From a virus (Duplodnaviria > Caudoviricetes): DNA of 30,273 bases. Positions 1 to 8,215 of the stretch are shown here, piece after piece. The number at the start of each line of letters is the position of its first letter. Positions within the stretch are counted from its first letter, which is position 1. The translations under genes and the position numbers were made by a program. Location of the stretch: IMG/VR virus record IMGVR_UViG_3300048598_000461, positions 1 to 30,273 of that record. One strand, given 5' to 3'. A model generated the notes under the pieces. That model searched no databases and had not been told where the DNA came from. It saw nothing but the letters and a program-made list of their open reading frames with translations.

Positions 1-549
1 ATGCCAGGGCTGTGAATTTACCTTGCTTGTTAATCTAAAAACGGATGTTTTAAATGCAGTGCTTATAAAATCGCGGGCGATACGCTTTGTCTCATTAAAA
101 TTAAAAACAGGAACAATAATATCGATGCCATTAACACTATTGTCATCGACATTAATCGCTCCCTTAAAATCTGGAGGATTTTCGCCGTACGATCTAACGG
201 TTAACGGCGCGATTGTTTGAGTGATTTTCTGGCTGCCACCGCCCGTATCAAAACTGAATTCGATATCATCTGTTTCTCTACTGTTGTAACCATAGTAAAC
301 AGTGCCGATCCAAATGTTATCAGCAATCTGTTCGACGTCGAAGCCGGCTCGCGGTATCAGGGCCTGGCCCCATTCTGTTGGTGAGTTTTCCTCAAGACAC
401 AAAATCGCGTCGCTATCATCACCCGGCTGATTGAATTGTTCCGGCGGTGTAGCTGCATCCGGCATTATAATATATTCAACCGTTGCGCTTCTGGTATTGC
501 CACCAGTCCTTTTTCTGCCTGACCATCTTTCCTGGATACACAATGCCAT
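1..549 (-). CDS. Phage tail protein downstream of tape measure (3' end runs off the window)
   Basis: Not in the ORF track; hand translation from ATG at 549 is open to base 1: MALCIQERWSGRKR...FSFDTGGGSQKITQ...PDFKGAINVDDNSVNGIDIIVP...; starts 3 nt after the tape-measure stop. Confidence 0.75.
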   Translation of the reverse strand, partial: MALCIQERWSGRKRTGGNTRSATVEYIIMPDAATPPEQFNQPGDDSDAILCLEENSPTEWGQALIPRAGFDVEQIADNIWIGTVYYGYNSRETDDIEFSFDTGGGSQKITQTIAPLTVRSYGENPPDFKGAINVDDNSVNGIDIIVPVFNFNETKRIARDFISTAFKTSVFRLTSKVNSQPWH

Positions 550-552
550 TAC

Positions 553-2625
553 TTAATCCCCGAACTCTACCTCATTGCCATCCATATTATCTGCCATTTC
601 TTCTGTCGCCTCGGCAGTACGAGTAGTAGCATCAGCAATCTTTTGCATTACACCGCCTGCGCCCAGTTGTCCCAGACCAAATGCACTGAATGTCCCTGCT
701 GTCGATGCCTTGGTTAAACCTGTATTTGCCTCCCAATCTTTTTGTGGCAGAGGTAATTTTCCTTTGGGCTGCACAGGTTCTTTTGCTTTCGCAATTGCAG
801 CATTAAATTCCTCTTTTGTTTTTGCAAGTTCATCTGCAACTCCCTTTTTACCGGCATTAATGCCATCAATTGTATTTTGCAGACCTTCTTCTACGTACTG
901 GTTTGCACCAGCTACACCTGAATCGAACTGCTCTTTTGCACGTTTCCGTTTTTCGCTGCGATTCTTTTCTATTCCTTCAAGTTCAGACTGTGTTTCTTCT
1001 TCAAGTTTTAGTCGTTTTGCGTTCGCCTCTTTTTCGGCCTTTTCTTTTGCAGTATTAGCGTTATCATCGCGATCTTGCTTATCACCTGCAAGCATATCAT
1101 CAAGTTGCTTACGTGCTGAACCTTCATTGAAGTTGGGATCACTAAGTTTCTTCCACCAAATCCAGACATTCATCAATTTTTTGGCAATCCAGTCTATTGT
1201 ATTTCCCCAGAATTGCTTGAAGCCTGCCCATGCTTTTTTAAAAACCTCAACCGTTGTTATCCATGCACCTTCCAGAAATGCTCCAGATTTAACCCATGCC
1301 TTCTGTAGAAATGACAAAGTCTCGATCCAGGCAACCTGAATACCGTAAACCGCTGCATCCCATCCAACTGCAATCGAATAAACTGCCGAATACCATATTT
1401 CCATGATTGCCAGCTTTATGCTGTACCAGATTCCAAGCATCCATTCTTTCGCCCGCAGCCATTCCGTTTTTACAAACAGCCATGCAATTCGTGCAGCAAG
1501 TCCAATATCACCTTTTGCAAATGCAACTGCGATACCACCGATCGCATTTGTTGCATCCTCTTTTAAGGTGTTAAAACAGCCGCCAAGCCAGTTGAGCATT
1601 TTACCGCCCAGCCCTGTCATCCAAAGCAGTGCCCCGACGCATAAACCTATTTGAATTATCAAAGTTCCAAGAGGTGAGAGCATTGCAGCTAAAACCGTAC
1701 GCAGGATTCCAAAGCCTCCTCGAACAACACCAAGCATTTTGCTGCATGCGATAAGAGTTTTGCCAAAAAGCATAAATGCCGCACCGCCTGCTACAAGAAC
1801 AGTACCTAACCAAAGGATCATAGTTGCAACGCCCCTGTGTTCTTTGATCCAGCGGGTTGCAAAGCCGATCATTTCAATCATTTTATTTGCCCATTCCTTA
1901 AGCAAAGGAATGACAGCACTGCCAATTGCAGCAGTTAAGCCATTTTTAATTATGTACCAGAGTTTCTTAAGGGTTTCGTGGAATTCTTCACCAGCCTGAA
2001 CATCTTCATCACTCATTATCGCGCCAAGTCTTTGCAATTCAGCCTTATATTCTGCAATTGCACCGGCGCCTTTATTCAATAACGGTATTAGATTTGCACC
2101 TGCCTTGCCAAAAATCTTCAATGCAATTGTGATTCTCTCGGTTGGGTTCTCGATCGATGCAATTCTATCAGCTATAAGCATGAATAACTGGTCAGGAGAT
2201 TTGTCGCGGAGGTCACTTGCCGCAAGACCCAGCTTTCCAAAGGCTTCTATTTGTGCTTTCGAGCCTTTATTAAAAGCAGCCAGATTTTTATGCATAAAAA
2301 TAAATGCCTTGCCGAGAGATTGCATACTTATGTCATTCTGGTTTGCGGCAAAACTAAGACCCTGCAGTGAAGTTACACTTATTCCAACTATCTGGGACAT
2401 CCTTGCAATATCATCCGCGAAACTGCTTGCGTATTTAGCGGCAGCAATCAATGGAGTGACAATAGCCGTTCCAATACCCATCATTTTGGTGCCGAAAGAA
2501 GAAATAGTATTCCCCCATTTCTTTAAATCTGCTTGTGCACTGCGCAGGCCGCGCATTAATGCACTTTTATCTGCAAAGATTTCAACGTATGCACTGCCAG
2601 CTTTTATTGCACCAGAATTTGCCAC
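553..2625 (-). CDS. Tail tape measure protein
   Basis: 690 aa, Ala/Gly/Lys-rich helical sequence, N-terminal AGSAYVEI, central FGKAG motif, hydrophobic segments and regularly spaced Trp; lies right after the tail chaperone genes. Confidence 0.9.
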   Translation of the reverse strand: MANSGAIKAGSAYVEIFADKSALMRGLRSAQADLKKWGNTISSFGTKMMGIGTAIVTPLIAAAKYASSFADDIARMSQIVGISVTSLQGLSFAANQNDISMQSLGKAFIFMHKNLAAFNKGSKAQIEAFGKLGLAASDLRDKSPDQLFMLIADRIASIENPTERITIALKIFGKAGANLIPLLNKGAGAIAEYKAELQRLGAIMSDEDVQAGEEFHETLKKLWYIIKNGLTAAIGSAVIPLLKEWANKMIEMIGFATRWIKEHRGVATMILWLGTVLVAGGAAFMLFGKTLIACSKMLGVVRGGFGILRTVLAAMLSPLGTLIIQIGLCVGALLWMTGLGGKMLNWLGGCFNTLKEDATNAIGGIAVAFAKGDIGLAARIAWLFVKTEWLRAKEWMLGIWYSIKLAIMEIWYSAVYSIAVGWDAAVYGIQVAWIETLSFLQKAWVKSGAFLEGAWITTVEVFKKAWAGFKQFWGNTIDWIAKKLMNVWIWWKKLSDPNFNEGSARKQLDDMLAGDKQDRDDNANTAKEKAEKEANAKRLKLEEETQSELEGIEKNRSEKRKRAKEQFDSGVAGANQYVEEGLQNTIDGINAGKKGVADELAKTKEEFNAAIAKAKEPVQPKGKLPLPQKDWEANTGLTKASTAGTFSAFGLGQLGAGGVMQKIADATTRTAEATEEMADNMDGNEVEFGD

Positions 2626-2628
2626 TTC

Positions 2629-3060
2629 TTAATTTCCCGTAAAAGCCTTTTTAAATAACGCTTTTGACTTGTCATCTTTGACTTCTATTACATTTTCTTT
2701 ATGAGAATTTGTTTGCAGGTATGGATTAAAATCGGCCGGCTTAAATACTTTTGCCTTTTTCGGATCTCGATTGATATTGCACAGTAGCGCCATCAGTGCA
2801 GAAACACGATTCCATCCCATCCGGTCACGCAGTTCAATTGCCTGGCTCATCCACCAAAGTTCCCGCAGTGTCAGAGGCGCAGGATCAACCCCTACAAATC
2901 CTGCTAAGGTATAAACTGTCCGCCAAATATTTCCGTCATCTTTTTCTCGACATCGATTTGATTTAGATTGCTCGTCACCTTGTCGATTGCCAGATTTATC
3001 ATCTTCTGCTGAGTCGCTGCCGCTTTGGCCCTGTCGGTTCGACCCCGCTTCTGGAAAAAA
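2629..3060 (-). CDS. Tail assembly chaperone gpT-like frame, probably reached by -1 frameshift (ORF track shows only 2629..2850)
   Basis: Frame is open from 3060 to the stop at 2629 and reads ...IWRTVYTLAGFVGVDPAPLTLRELWWMSQA...NINRDPKK...; it begins at slippery heptamer T TTT TTC (3060-3054). Confidence 0.7.
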   Translation of the reverse strand, partial: FFPEAGSNRQGQSGSDSAEDDKSGNRQGDEQSKSNRCREKDDGNIWRTVYTLAGFVGVDPAPLTLRELWWMSQAIELRDRMGWNRVSALMALLCNINRDPKKAKVFKPADFNPYLQTNSHKENVIEVKDDKSKALFKKAFTGN

Positions 3061-3350
3061 TCAATCAGTTCGTCATAAAATGCATTTTGAGCCGCTAAGA
3101 TTACATCACCACCGAGAGATTGACCGAACTGGGAATCGGATATATTTAAGGAATCAGCCTGCGGTTTTATCAGGCAATAAATAATATCGCACAGAAGTAT
3201 CTCATCTGTTCCTATTCGTGTTAGAAGCGGCGGATCCCCCGCTTCAGGTTCGAGTAAATTTATATTCAATAAATCTCGCACCCTTTTTACACTATCGATC
3301 GTAAGTGAAATCGTCCATATTCTTGATGCATTATCTGTAAATGTCTTCAT
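2904..3350 (-). CDS. Tail assembly chaperone gpG-like
   Basis: 148 aa from MKTFTDNASR (ATG 3350, 1 nt after the tail tube stop); position between tail tube and tape measure. Confidence 0.75.
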   Translation of the reverse strand: MKTFTDNASRIWTISLTIDSVKRVRDLLNINLLEPEAGDPPLLTRIGTDEILLCDIIYCLIKPQADSLNISDSQFGQSLGGDVILAAQNAFYDELIDFFQKRGRTDRAKAAATQQKMINLAIDKVTSNLNQIDVEKKMTEIFGGQFIP

Positions 3351-3351
3351 A

Positions 3352-3795
3352 TTATGCTCCTGCCACATCAATCCATGCGATAAATTTGCTCATTTTTGCA
3401 GTTACATCGACGCTGATCGCTTCTTCAAGACCTTCTGCCCTGTCAAACTTAGTTATTGCAAAATTACCATGTGGTCCGCTGGCACCTTCTGTCTCTTTTG
3501 CATCGGTCAGGCATGCAAGACATATCGTTGTCGATGTCAGGAACGCTGTCTTTATAGCCGCAAAAACAGTATCAGATGGTTTCCACTGCATCTTGAAATT
3601 AAGTTCGCATTCGCGAAGTGTAGGTGCCGTTGCCCTCCAGCCTGAATTTGCCCTTGTGGTTACGTCAGCTTCGCCGGCTGAGAGTGATACCGTTAAATCC
3701 TTGACATTGCCAACTTCTGTAAGTGTTGCCAGTTCTGCATCCTTTGCCCCCTGGTAAAGTTTTGCATTCATTCCTAAAATAAAATCTACTGCCAT
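3352..3795 (-). CDS. Major tail (tube) protein
   Basis: 147 aa with EVGNVKDLTVSL...EADVTTRANSGWRAT pattern typical of siphovirus tail tube proteins; GGAGG RBS; gene order. Confidence 0.8.
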   Translation of the reverse strand: MAVDFILGMNAKLYQGAKDAELATLTEVGNVKDLTVSLSAGEADVTTRANSGWRATAPTLRECELNFKMQWKPSDTVFAAIKTAFLTSTTICLACLTDAKETEGASGPHGNFAITKFDRAEGLEEAISVDVTAKMSKFIAWIDVAGA

Positions 3796-3810
3796 TTGAA
3801 CCTCCTGAAT

Positions 3811-4263
3811 TTATTTATTAACACTATTTTTCCAAACCGCTGCCATCCTGGATTTGTTAACGGCTAATGCCGGCGCCATATAAGGTCTTGCAGCAATATG
3901 GATATTTTTATTTCTTATTTTTGTACTGCCGCTGTATTCGAGTGTATGAGGTACATTTTTACCTTTAGCTCTGAGTGCCACAGGTCCAACTACAACAGAC
4001 CTGGCCTGCGGATCGAACGAGTAATAAATATAATTCCGAAGCAGGCCCGTATGGCTTAGTGGCGGTTTGCCGGGTTTACTGACAGCTTTTCCATTAGGTG
4101 CTTTCTTAATAGATCTTCTTGCAGTAAGCCTTATCATGCCGCCGATGCGATTTAAAACTTTTCGCGTAGCCTTGTCTACCGCAGCTAAAACAGCCGGCTT
4201 GTCAAAGAACAAAGTTTTTACTTTGAATAGCGATTTACCAAATTCTGATGCTGCTTTTGCCAT
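3811..4263 (-). CDS. Neck/tail completion protein (HK97 gp10-like virion morphogenesis)
   Basis: Basic protein with PGKPP...HTGLLR...VVVGP...ARPYMAPAL; probable start MAKAASEF at 4263 overlapping the upstream stop (TAATG). Confidence 0.7.
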   Translation of the reverse strand: MAKAASEFGKSLFKVKTLFFDKPAVLAAVDKATRKVLNRIGGMIRLTARRSIKKAPNGKAVSKPGKPPLSHTGLLRNYIYYSFDPQARSVVVGPVALRAKGKNVPHTLEYSGSTKIRNKNIHIAARPYMAPALAVNKSRMAAVWKNSVNK

Positions 4264-4757
4264 TAGCTGAAATACCCAAAAAATACATCCGCCCTTGTTA
4301 CATTGGTAAGATTGATTATCTCCGCAGCGATCCATGCAATATCAAGCCCATCGAAACTGACAGTGCACAAGAGATTATTGCCGCTATTTACAGCCTTGAT
4401 ATCTGTAGGCCAGTAAGAAGTAACAGCAGCTGAATCAGCGTACTTTGTGAGGCTAGTTGGCTTACCGGTTTGCGGATCTTTGTTACAGACCATGGTACCG
4501 AGCGTAAATGTAATATCCGCGATAAGCTGTGCTGGACCGCTATTTTCATTTCTGCCACCCCAGAGACGAACGCCGACAACACCATTGTCATTGCCACTTG
4601 CTGCAAGGATAAGTTCCAATCCTCTGATTACATCTATATTGATGCCTTTTGCAAAAGATGGCTTGCTATCAAATGTATTAGCTGCCAGCTGCGGATTATC
4701 AACTGCTTCAACCGAGCGTAAAACTTGCCAACCTGAATTATTTCTAAAATTATTCAT
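4263..4757 (-). CDS. Hypothetical beta-rich protein in the structural operon
   Basis: 164-aa ORF tightly packed against both neighbours. Confidence 0.65.
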   Translation of the reverse strand: MNNFRNNSGWQVLRSVEAVDNPQLAANTFDSKPSFAKGINIDVIRGLELILAASGNDNGVVGVRLWGGRNENSGPAQLIADITFTLGTMVCNKDPQTGKPTSLTKYADSAAVTSYWPTDIKAVNSGNNLLCTVSFDGLDIAWIAAEIINLTNVTRADVFFGYFS

Positions 4758-4758
4758 A

Positions 4759-6012
4759 TTACACCAATCTGTTTAATCTTCTAAATGGACTTGCTGGCGC
4801 AAGTGAGCCTATGATATTTCCATGCTGAATACCTTTTTTGACGGATTCAGCAGATAACTGAAGTGGGAATCTCCTTGGCTGATTGCCTGTTCCATTGTCG
4901 CTTGCATGGTATGTTTGGTAATAATTTGCCGATGTATTATCAACCAGCACTGCGCCGTTGTAGGCATTGCAGGCAAGTGTATCTATAATATTGCCCTTTA
5001 TTACAGCCGCACCTATGCCCATCCAGCCGCTTGCATTAAAACCGTAAGAGCCTTCTGAAAGCCCGCCAATAAGTGATTCTGTAATGACAATATGGTTTGC
5101 AGGAGCATTATATGAACATATGCCGCATCCATATCCTGTACCACCCTGTACAATCCTTGCGGTTAAATATGCATCGGCATTCATAATATGTATTCCGTTG
5201 TTGCTGTTATCGCCGCCGATGACTTGATCTGCTATGATGTAAACTTCTGAAGCCTCGCAATATAAGCCGCTGGCAAAACCTGAACCTTGACAGATACCGT
5301 TTATAGATACGTGATTTTCACCACCATAAATATAGATACCATATCCGCCCATTTCGATGCCGCCATATACGTTGCCATTGATAATTAAATTTATTGAATA
5401 ACCAGACAATGTCACGGCAGACCCCATTGAGCCTGTGAGATTCCCGTTAATAACTATCGTTGCACCATCGGCCTCGCAAAATACACCTTCACATACATCC
5501 GTGCTTGACCCTATCACATCACCTGTAATACATACATAAGGTGACCCGCCATACATCATTTGAATACCAAAGCAACCATCACCAATTACATTACCATTTA
5601 CAGTAACATGCGCATTTGATTGAAAAACCAGCCCGGAATTACTGATGCCGCGTATTGTACCTTCTATTTCAAGCGGCGTAGTTGCATCTGCCGGATCTTG
5701 AATTAATATGCAGGTATCTTCATTGGCAATTACATCACCAGTTATCTTTATAGCACCGGTTGGATTACCGGCTATATCCCTGCCTTTGAATACAAAATTT
5801 CCACCAATACTGCCACCTAATTGAGTTACAGTCGTCAATTCTTTGCATGTAAAACTGGTATTGATCCTTATATTGATTTTACCGTTGGCAAATAAAACAA
5901 CTGTTCCATCGCATGTGGCAAAATCAACAGGAGTATTATTCGTCGGATGCGTATGCCACAAGCCGGCTGCATTTATATTTGTATTACTACTATGTGCATA
6001 CCATATAGGCAT
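4759..6012 (-). CDS. Glycine-rich beta-solenoid repeat protein (possible fibre or decoration protein)
   Basis: 417 aa with about 11 imperfect ~23-26 aa repeats of the form (I/V)x(I/V)xGx(V/I)xG...G(I/V). Confidence 0.7.
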   Translation of the reverse strand: MPIWYAHSSNTNINAAGLWHTHPTNNTPVDFATCDGTVVLFANGKINIRINTSFTCKELTTVTQLGGSIGGNFVFKGRDIAGNPTGAIKITGDVIANEDTCILIQDPADATTPLEIEGTIRGISNSGLVFQSNAHVTVNGNVIGDGCFGIQMMYGGSPYVCITGDVIGSSTDVCEGVFCEADGATIVINGNLTGSMGSAVTLSGYSINLIINGNVYGGIEMGGYGIYIYGGENHVSINGICQGSGFASGLYCEASEVYIIADQVIGGDNSNNGIHIMNADAYLTARIVQGGTGYGCGICSYNAPANHIVITESLIGGLSEGSYGFNASGWMGIGAAVIKGNIIDTLACNAYNGAVLVDNTSANYYQTYHASDNGTGNQPRRFPLQLSAESVKKGIQHGNIIGSLAPASPFRRLNRLV

Positions 6013-6014
6013 AT

Positions 6015-6317
6015 TTATATTACCTTGCGAATAGAATTAATGTTGCCAATCATCGTTACAAACTGATTGAACAGCAGGCCGATTTCCTGAGAGTACTGGA
6101 CGATATCAGGTTCCAGGGCAAATATATTTGGGATATATACACTTTTAGTCTGCGAATCCGCAGCTGACCAGTTACCCTGCTCGTCAACTTTAGCACCACG
6201 AAGTGTAATTTGAGCAGATGTAGCAATCTGGCCACCTGAAATATTGGTATGCAGAACGATACTTGGTGCATAAAGGGCATTTGGAACAACAGGTTCTTTG
6301 GTTAGAGGAAGTGGCAT
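6015..6317 (-). CDS. Hypothetical protein
   Basis: 100-aa ORF, AAGGA RBS, 2 nt from the next gene. Confidence 0.65.
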   Translation of the reverse strand: MPLPLTKEPVVPNALYAPSIVLHTNISGGQIATSAQITLRGAKVDEQGNWSAADSQTKSVYIPNIFALEPDIVQYSQEIGLLFNQFVTMIGNINSIRKVI

Positions 6318-6328
6318 ATGAAAATTCC

Positions 6329-6748
6329 TTAATTAATAATTTTAAAATTCAATGTAATAACGCTTGTAAAAACACTCGGCGGCTGGATATACTCAACCGA
6401 ATATAAAGGGTCGATAGATTGCTTAAAGCATACAGCGCCAATATCTTCATAGATTTTACCTCGAAAACTCTTGGCAATAGCTAATGAAAGCTCTGTCAAA
6501 GCGGTAACTTCGGCATCGTCCGGCGATTTGACTGCTTTTTGAATTGCAATATCAATTTGATAATCGAATTCACTACTGCTGCGGCTAGCTGTTGTGATAT
6601 TTACGCTTTTAGGGACGATTGTTACCCGCAGAGTTGATAAATCCTTCAGTTCAAAAAATGGAAATAGCGTTCTTACCGCAGTAAAAGCCAATGCGAAACT
6701 GCCGCTATTTAAGGTCTGAACGATTTTTTCAGCAAGCTGCAAAACCAT
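6329..6748 (-). CDS. Tail terminator / head-tail completion protein (putative)
   Basis: 139 aa, alternating beta pattern (VTIVP...YQIDIAIQK...FTSVITLNF); position in the head-tail cluster. Confidence 0.6.
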   Translation of the reverse strand: MVLQLAEKIVQTLNSGSFALAFTAVRTLFPFFELKDLSTLRVTIVPKSVNITTASRSSSEFDYQIDIAIQKAVKSPDDAEVTALTELSLAIAKSFRGKIYEDIGAVCFKQSIDPLYSVEYIQPPSVFTSVITLNFKIIN

Positions 6749-6751
6749 ATT

Positions 6752-7090
6752 TTACTCTTTTTCATTTTTTATAGCGGCAAGGCCATTTGGATTATCAACT
6801 TTAAATGCGTTTGCATCTAATAAACATGGCCGTTCTCTGCAAACTGCACAAAATGTCTGGATTGCATTTATCAGTCGCTCTTCTTGTAAACTTTTTTCCT
6901 TAATAAGTTTTTCAAGCGAAGCAACAAGACAGTAATTGCTGTACATAAGATACGCCACCAAAGCGAAACATAGCCCCAGCTCACCATATTTCATAAACTC
7001 ATCAGCTATAGTTACAACTTCCGTGGAACTACTGCTTCCAAGCATCAGAAAAGGAACCGCTGATATAGCTATCTTAGTTGTCAGTGACAT
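6752..7090 (-). CDS. Small membrane protein, holin-like candidate
   Basis: 112 aa, hydrophobic segments IAISAVPFLMLG and LGLCFALVAYLMY followed by a charged helix. Confidence 0.45.
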   Translation of the reverse strand: MSLTTKIAISAVPFLMLGSSSSTEVVTIADEFMKYGELGLCFALVAYLMYSNYCLVASLEKLIKEKSLQEERLINAIQTFCAVCRERPCLLDANAFKVDNPNGLAAIKNEKE

Positions 7091-7093
7091 AAT

Positions 7094-7447
7094 CTAAATT
7101 TCCTTTGTATGAAGACGAATGATTTTCCCAAACGGATCACTGTACCGCCAGCATCCATCATTAATAAATAACGCTTCATATAATTTTCCATCGACTTCTA
7201 TCAGATCACCTGCTTTGGGAACCGTTAACAATCCATCAATAATCAAATCAGCCGCATCAAATAAGAAATCCGTCACCTGCCCGCCGATCTTAAAACCGGA
7301 TTCATCTTCTATTTGGTAATCCGTCTTTCCAAAACTGGCGCAGATATTGACACTATCTGCGCCACGCTTGTAGATTACCGTCTCTGAAGCATTGGCTTTT
7401 AATTTATCAGCTAAAAATTCAATTCCTTTTTTCAGCAAATTAACCAT
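7094..7447 (-). CDS. Head-tail joining protein (putative)
   Basis: Start MVNLLKKG at 7447 (TAATG overlap); PKAGDLIEVDGKLYE...WRYSDP...IRLHTK resembles head-closure proteins; position after capsid genes. Confidence 0.65.
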   Translation of the reverse strand: MVNLLKKGIEFLADKLKANASETVIYKRGADSVNICASFGKTDYQIEDESGFKIGGQVTDFLFDAADLIIDGLLTVPKAGDLIEVDGKLYEALFINDGCWRYSDPFGKIIRLHTKEI

Positions 7448-8184
7448 TATGCTTCCTGAGCCCATGTCCCGCGAATTGCCTTGATGCGATAACCATCGAT
7501 GCCATCAGCAACAAACGTGATAAAGTCACCTTTCTTTGCAGTTGCCTTTGTGTTGGAAAGTTTCTTGCCATCACCGCCTGCAGCAATACCCAGGCCCCCG
7601 ACGTTTTTATCCGCAGCCTGGAAATCAACTTCAACAAGTGCACTACCATCAGCGGCCATGTTCATAACCGTAAATTCCAGCCCTGCTGCTGTCGCCGGCA
7701 ATGTGATAACTACATTATCTGCCGTGCAATCGTAGCAGGCTCCCGATTCTGTAACACCAGCATTTGCACTTGCAGCTTTGGTAATTCTTGCAGCACCCAC
7801 AAATGTCGGAATGCGAGCATCGAATTTATTCAATGCAACATAAACAAATTGATCCGCAGCCGCAGCAGCAATAACCGCCGTTCCGAGTAGGACATCACCA
7901 GCAGCTTGTGCATCGCCACCAATTTGTGTTGCTGCCCCGCTTCCTGCTGTACCACCCTGCGGGTCACCATCAGCATCAAACCAGACGGGAAGACCTGCCG
8001 CAAATGCTTCGTTCTTCTTGGGCACTGCAAAGATACCTTGGACCGCTAGTGCACCTTTTGTATTTGCCGGGATATCCAGCTTGGTGATGCCGACAAGACC
8101 TTTTTGGACCACGATAGTACCGGCTGCTACATCAACAGCCGGTGTGTAATCAATGGCTTTGCCATTTTGATAAAAATTAATCAT
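7447..8184 (-). CDS. Capsid cement/decoration protein (DUF2190-like) with C-terminal extension
   Basis: N-terminus FYQNGKAIDYTPAVDVAAG..V..GLVGI...G.LAVQGIF.VPK matches DUF2190-type proteins that follow the capsid gene; AGGAG RBS. Confidence 0.8.
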   Translation of the reverse strand: MINFYQNGKAIDYTPAVDVAAGTIVVQKGLVGITKLDIPANTKGALAVQGIFAVPKKNEAFAAGLPVWFDADGDPQGGTAGSGAATQIGGDAQAAGDVLLGTAVIAAAAADQFVYVALNKFDARIPTFVGAARITKAASANAGVTESGACYDCTADNVVITLPATAAGLEFTVMNMAADGSALVEVDFQAADKNVGGLGIAAGGDGKKLSNTKATAKKGDFITFVADGIDGYRIKAIRGTWAQEA

Positions 8185-8215
8185 TTGTTTTACTCCTATT
8201 TCAAAAAAAATATTA

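Noticed and set aside
575-2632. Plus-strand ORFs 575..1339, 1403..1654, 1739..1999 and 2105..2632
   Set aside because: Antisense shadows of the tape measure gene; Ser/Phe/Ala-biased with no motifs.
4759-6012. Diversity-generating retroelement target
   Set aside because: No reverse transcriptase and no template/variable repeat pair seen.
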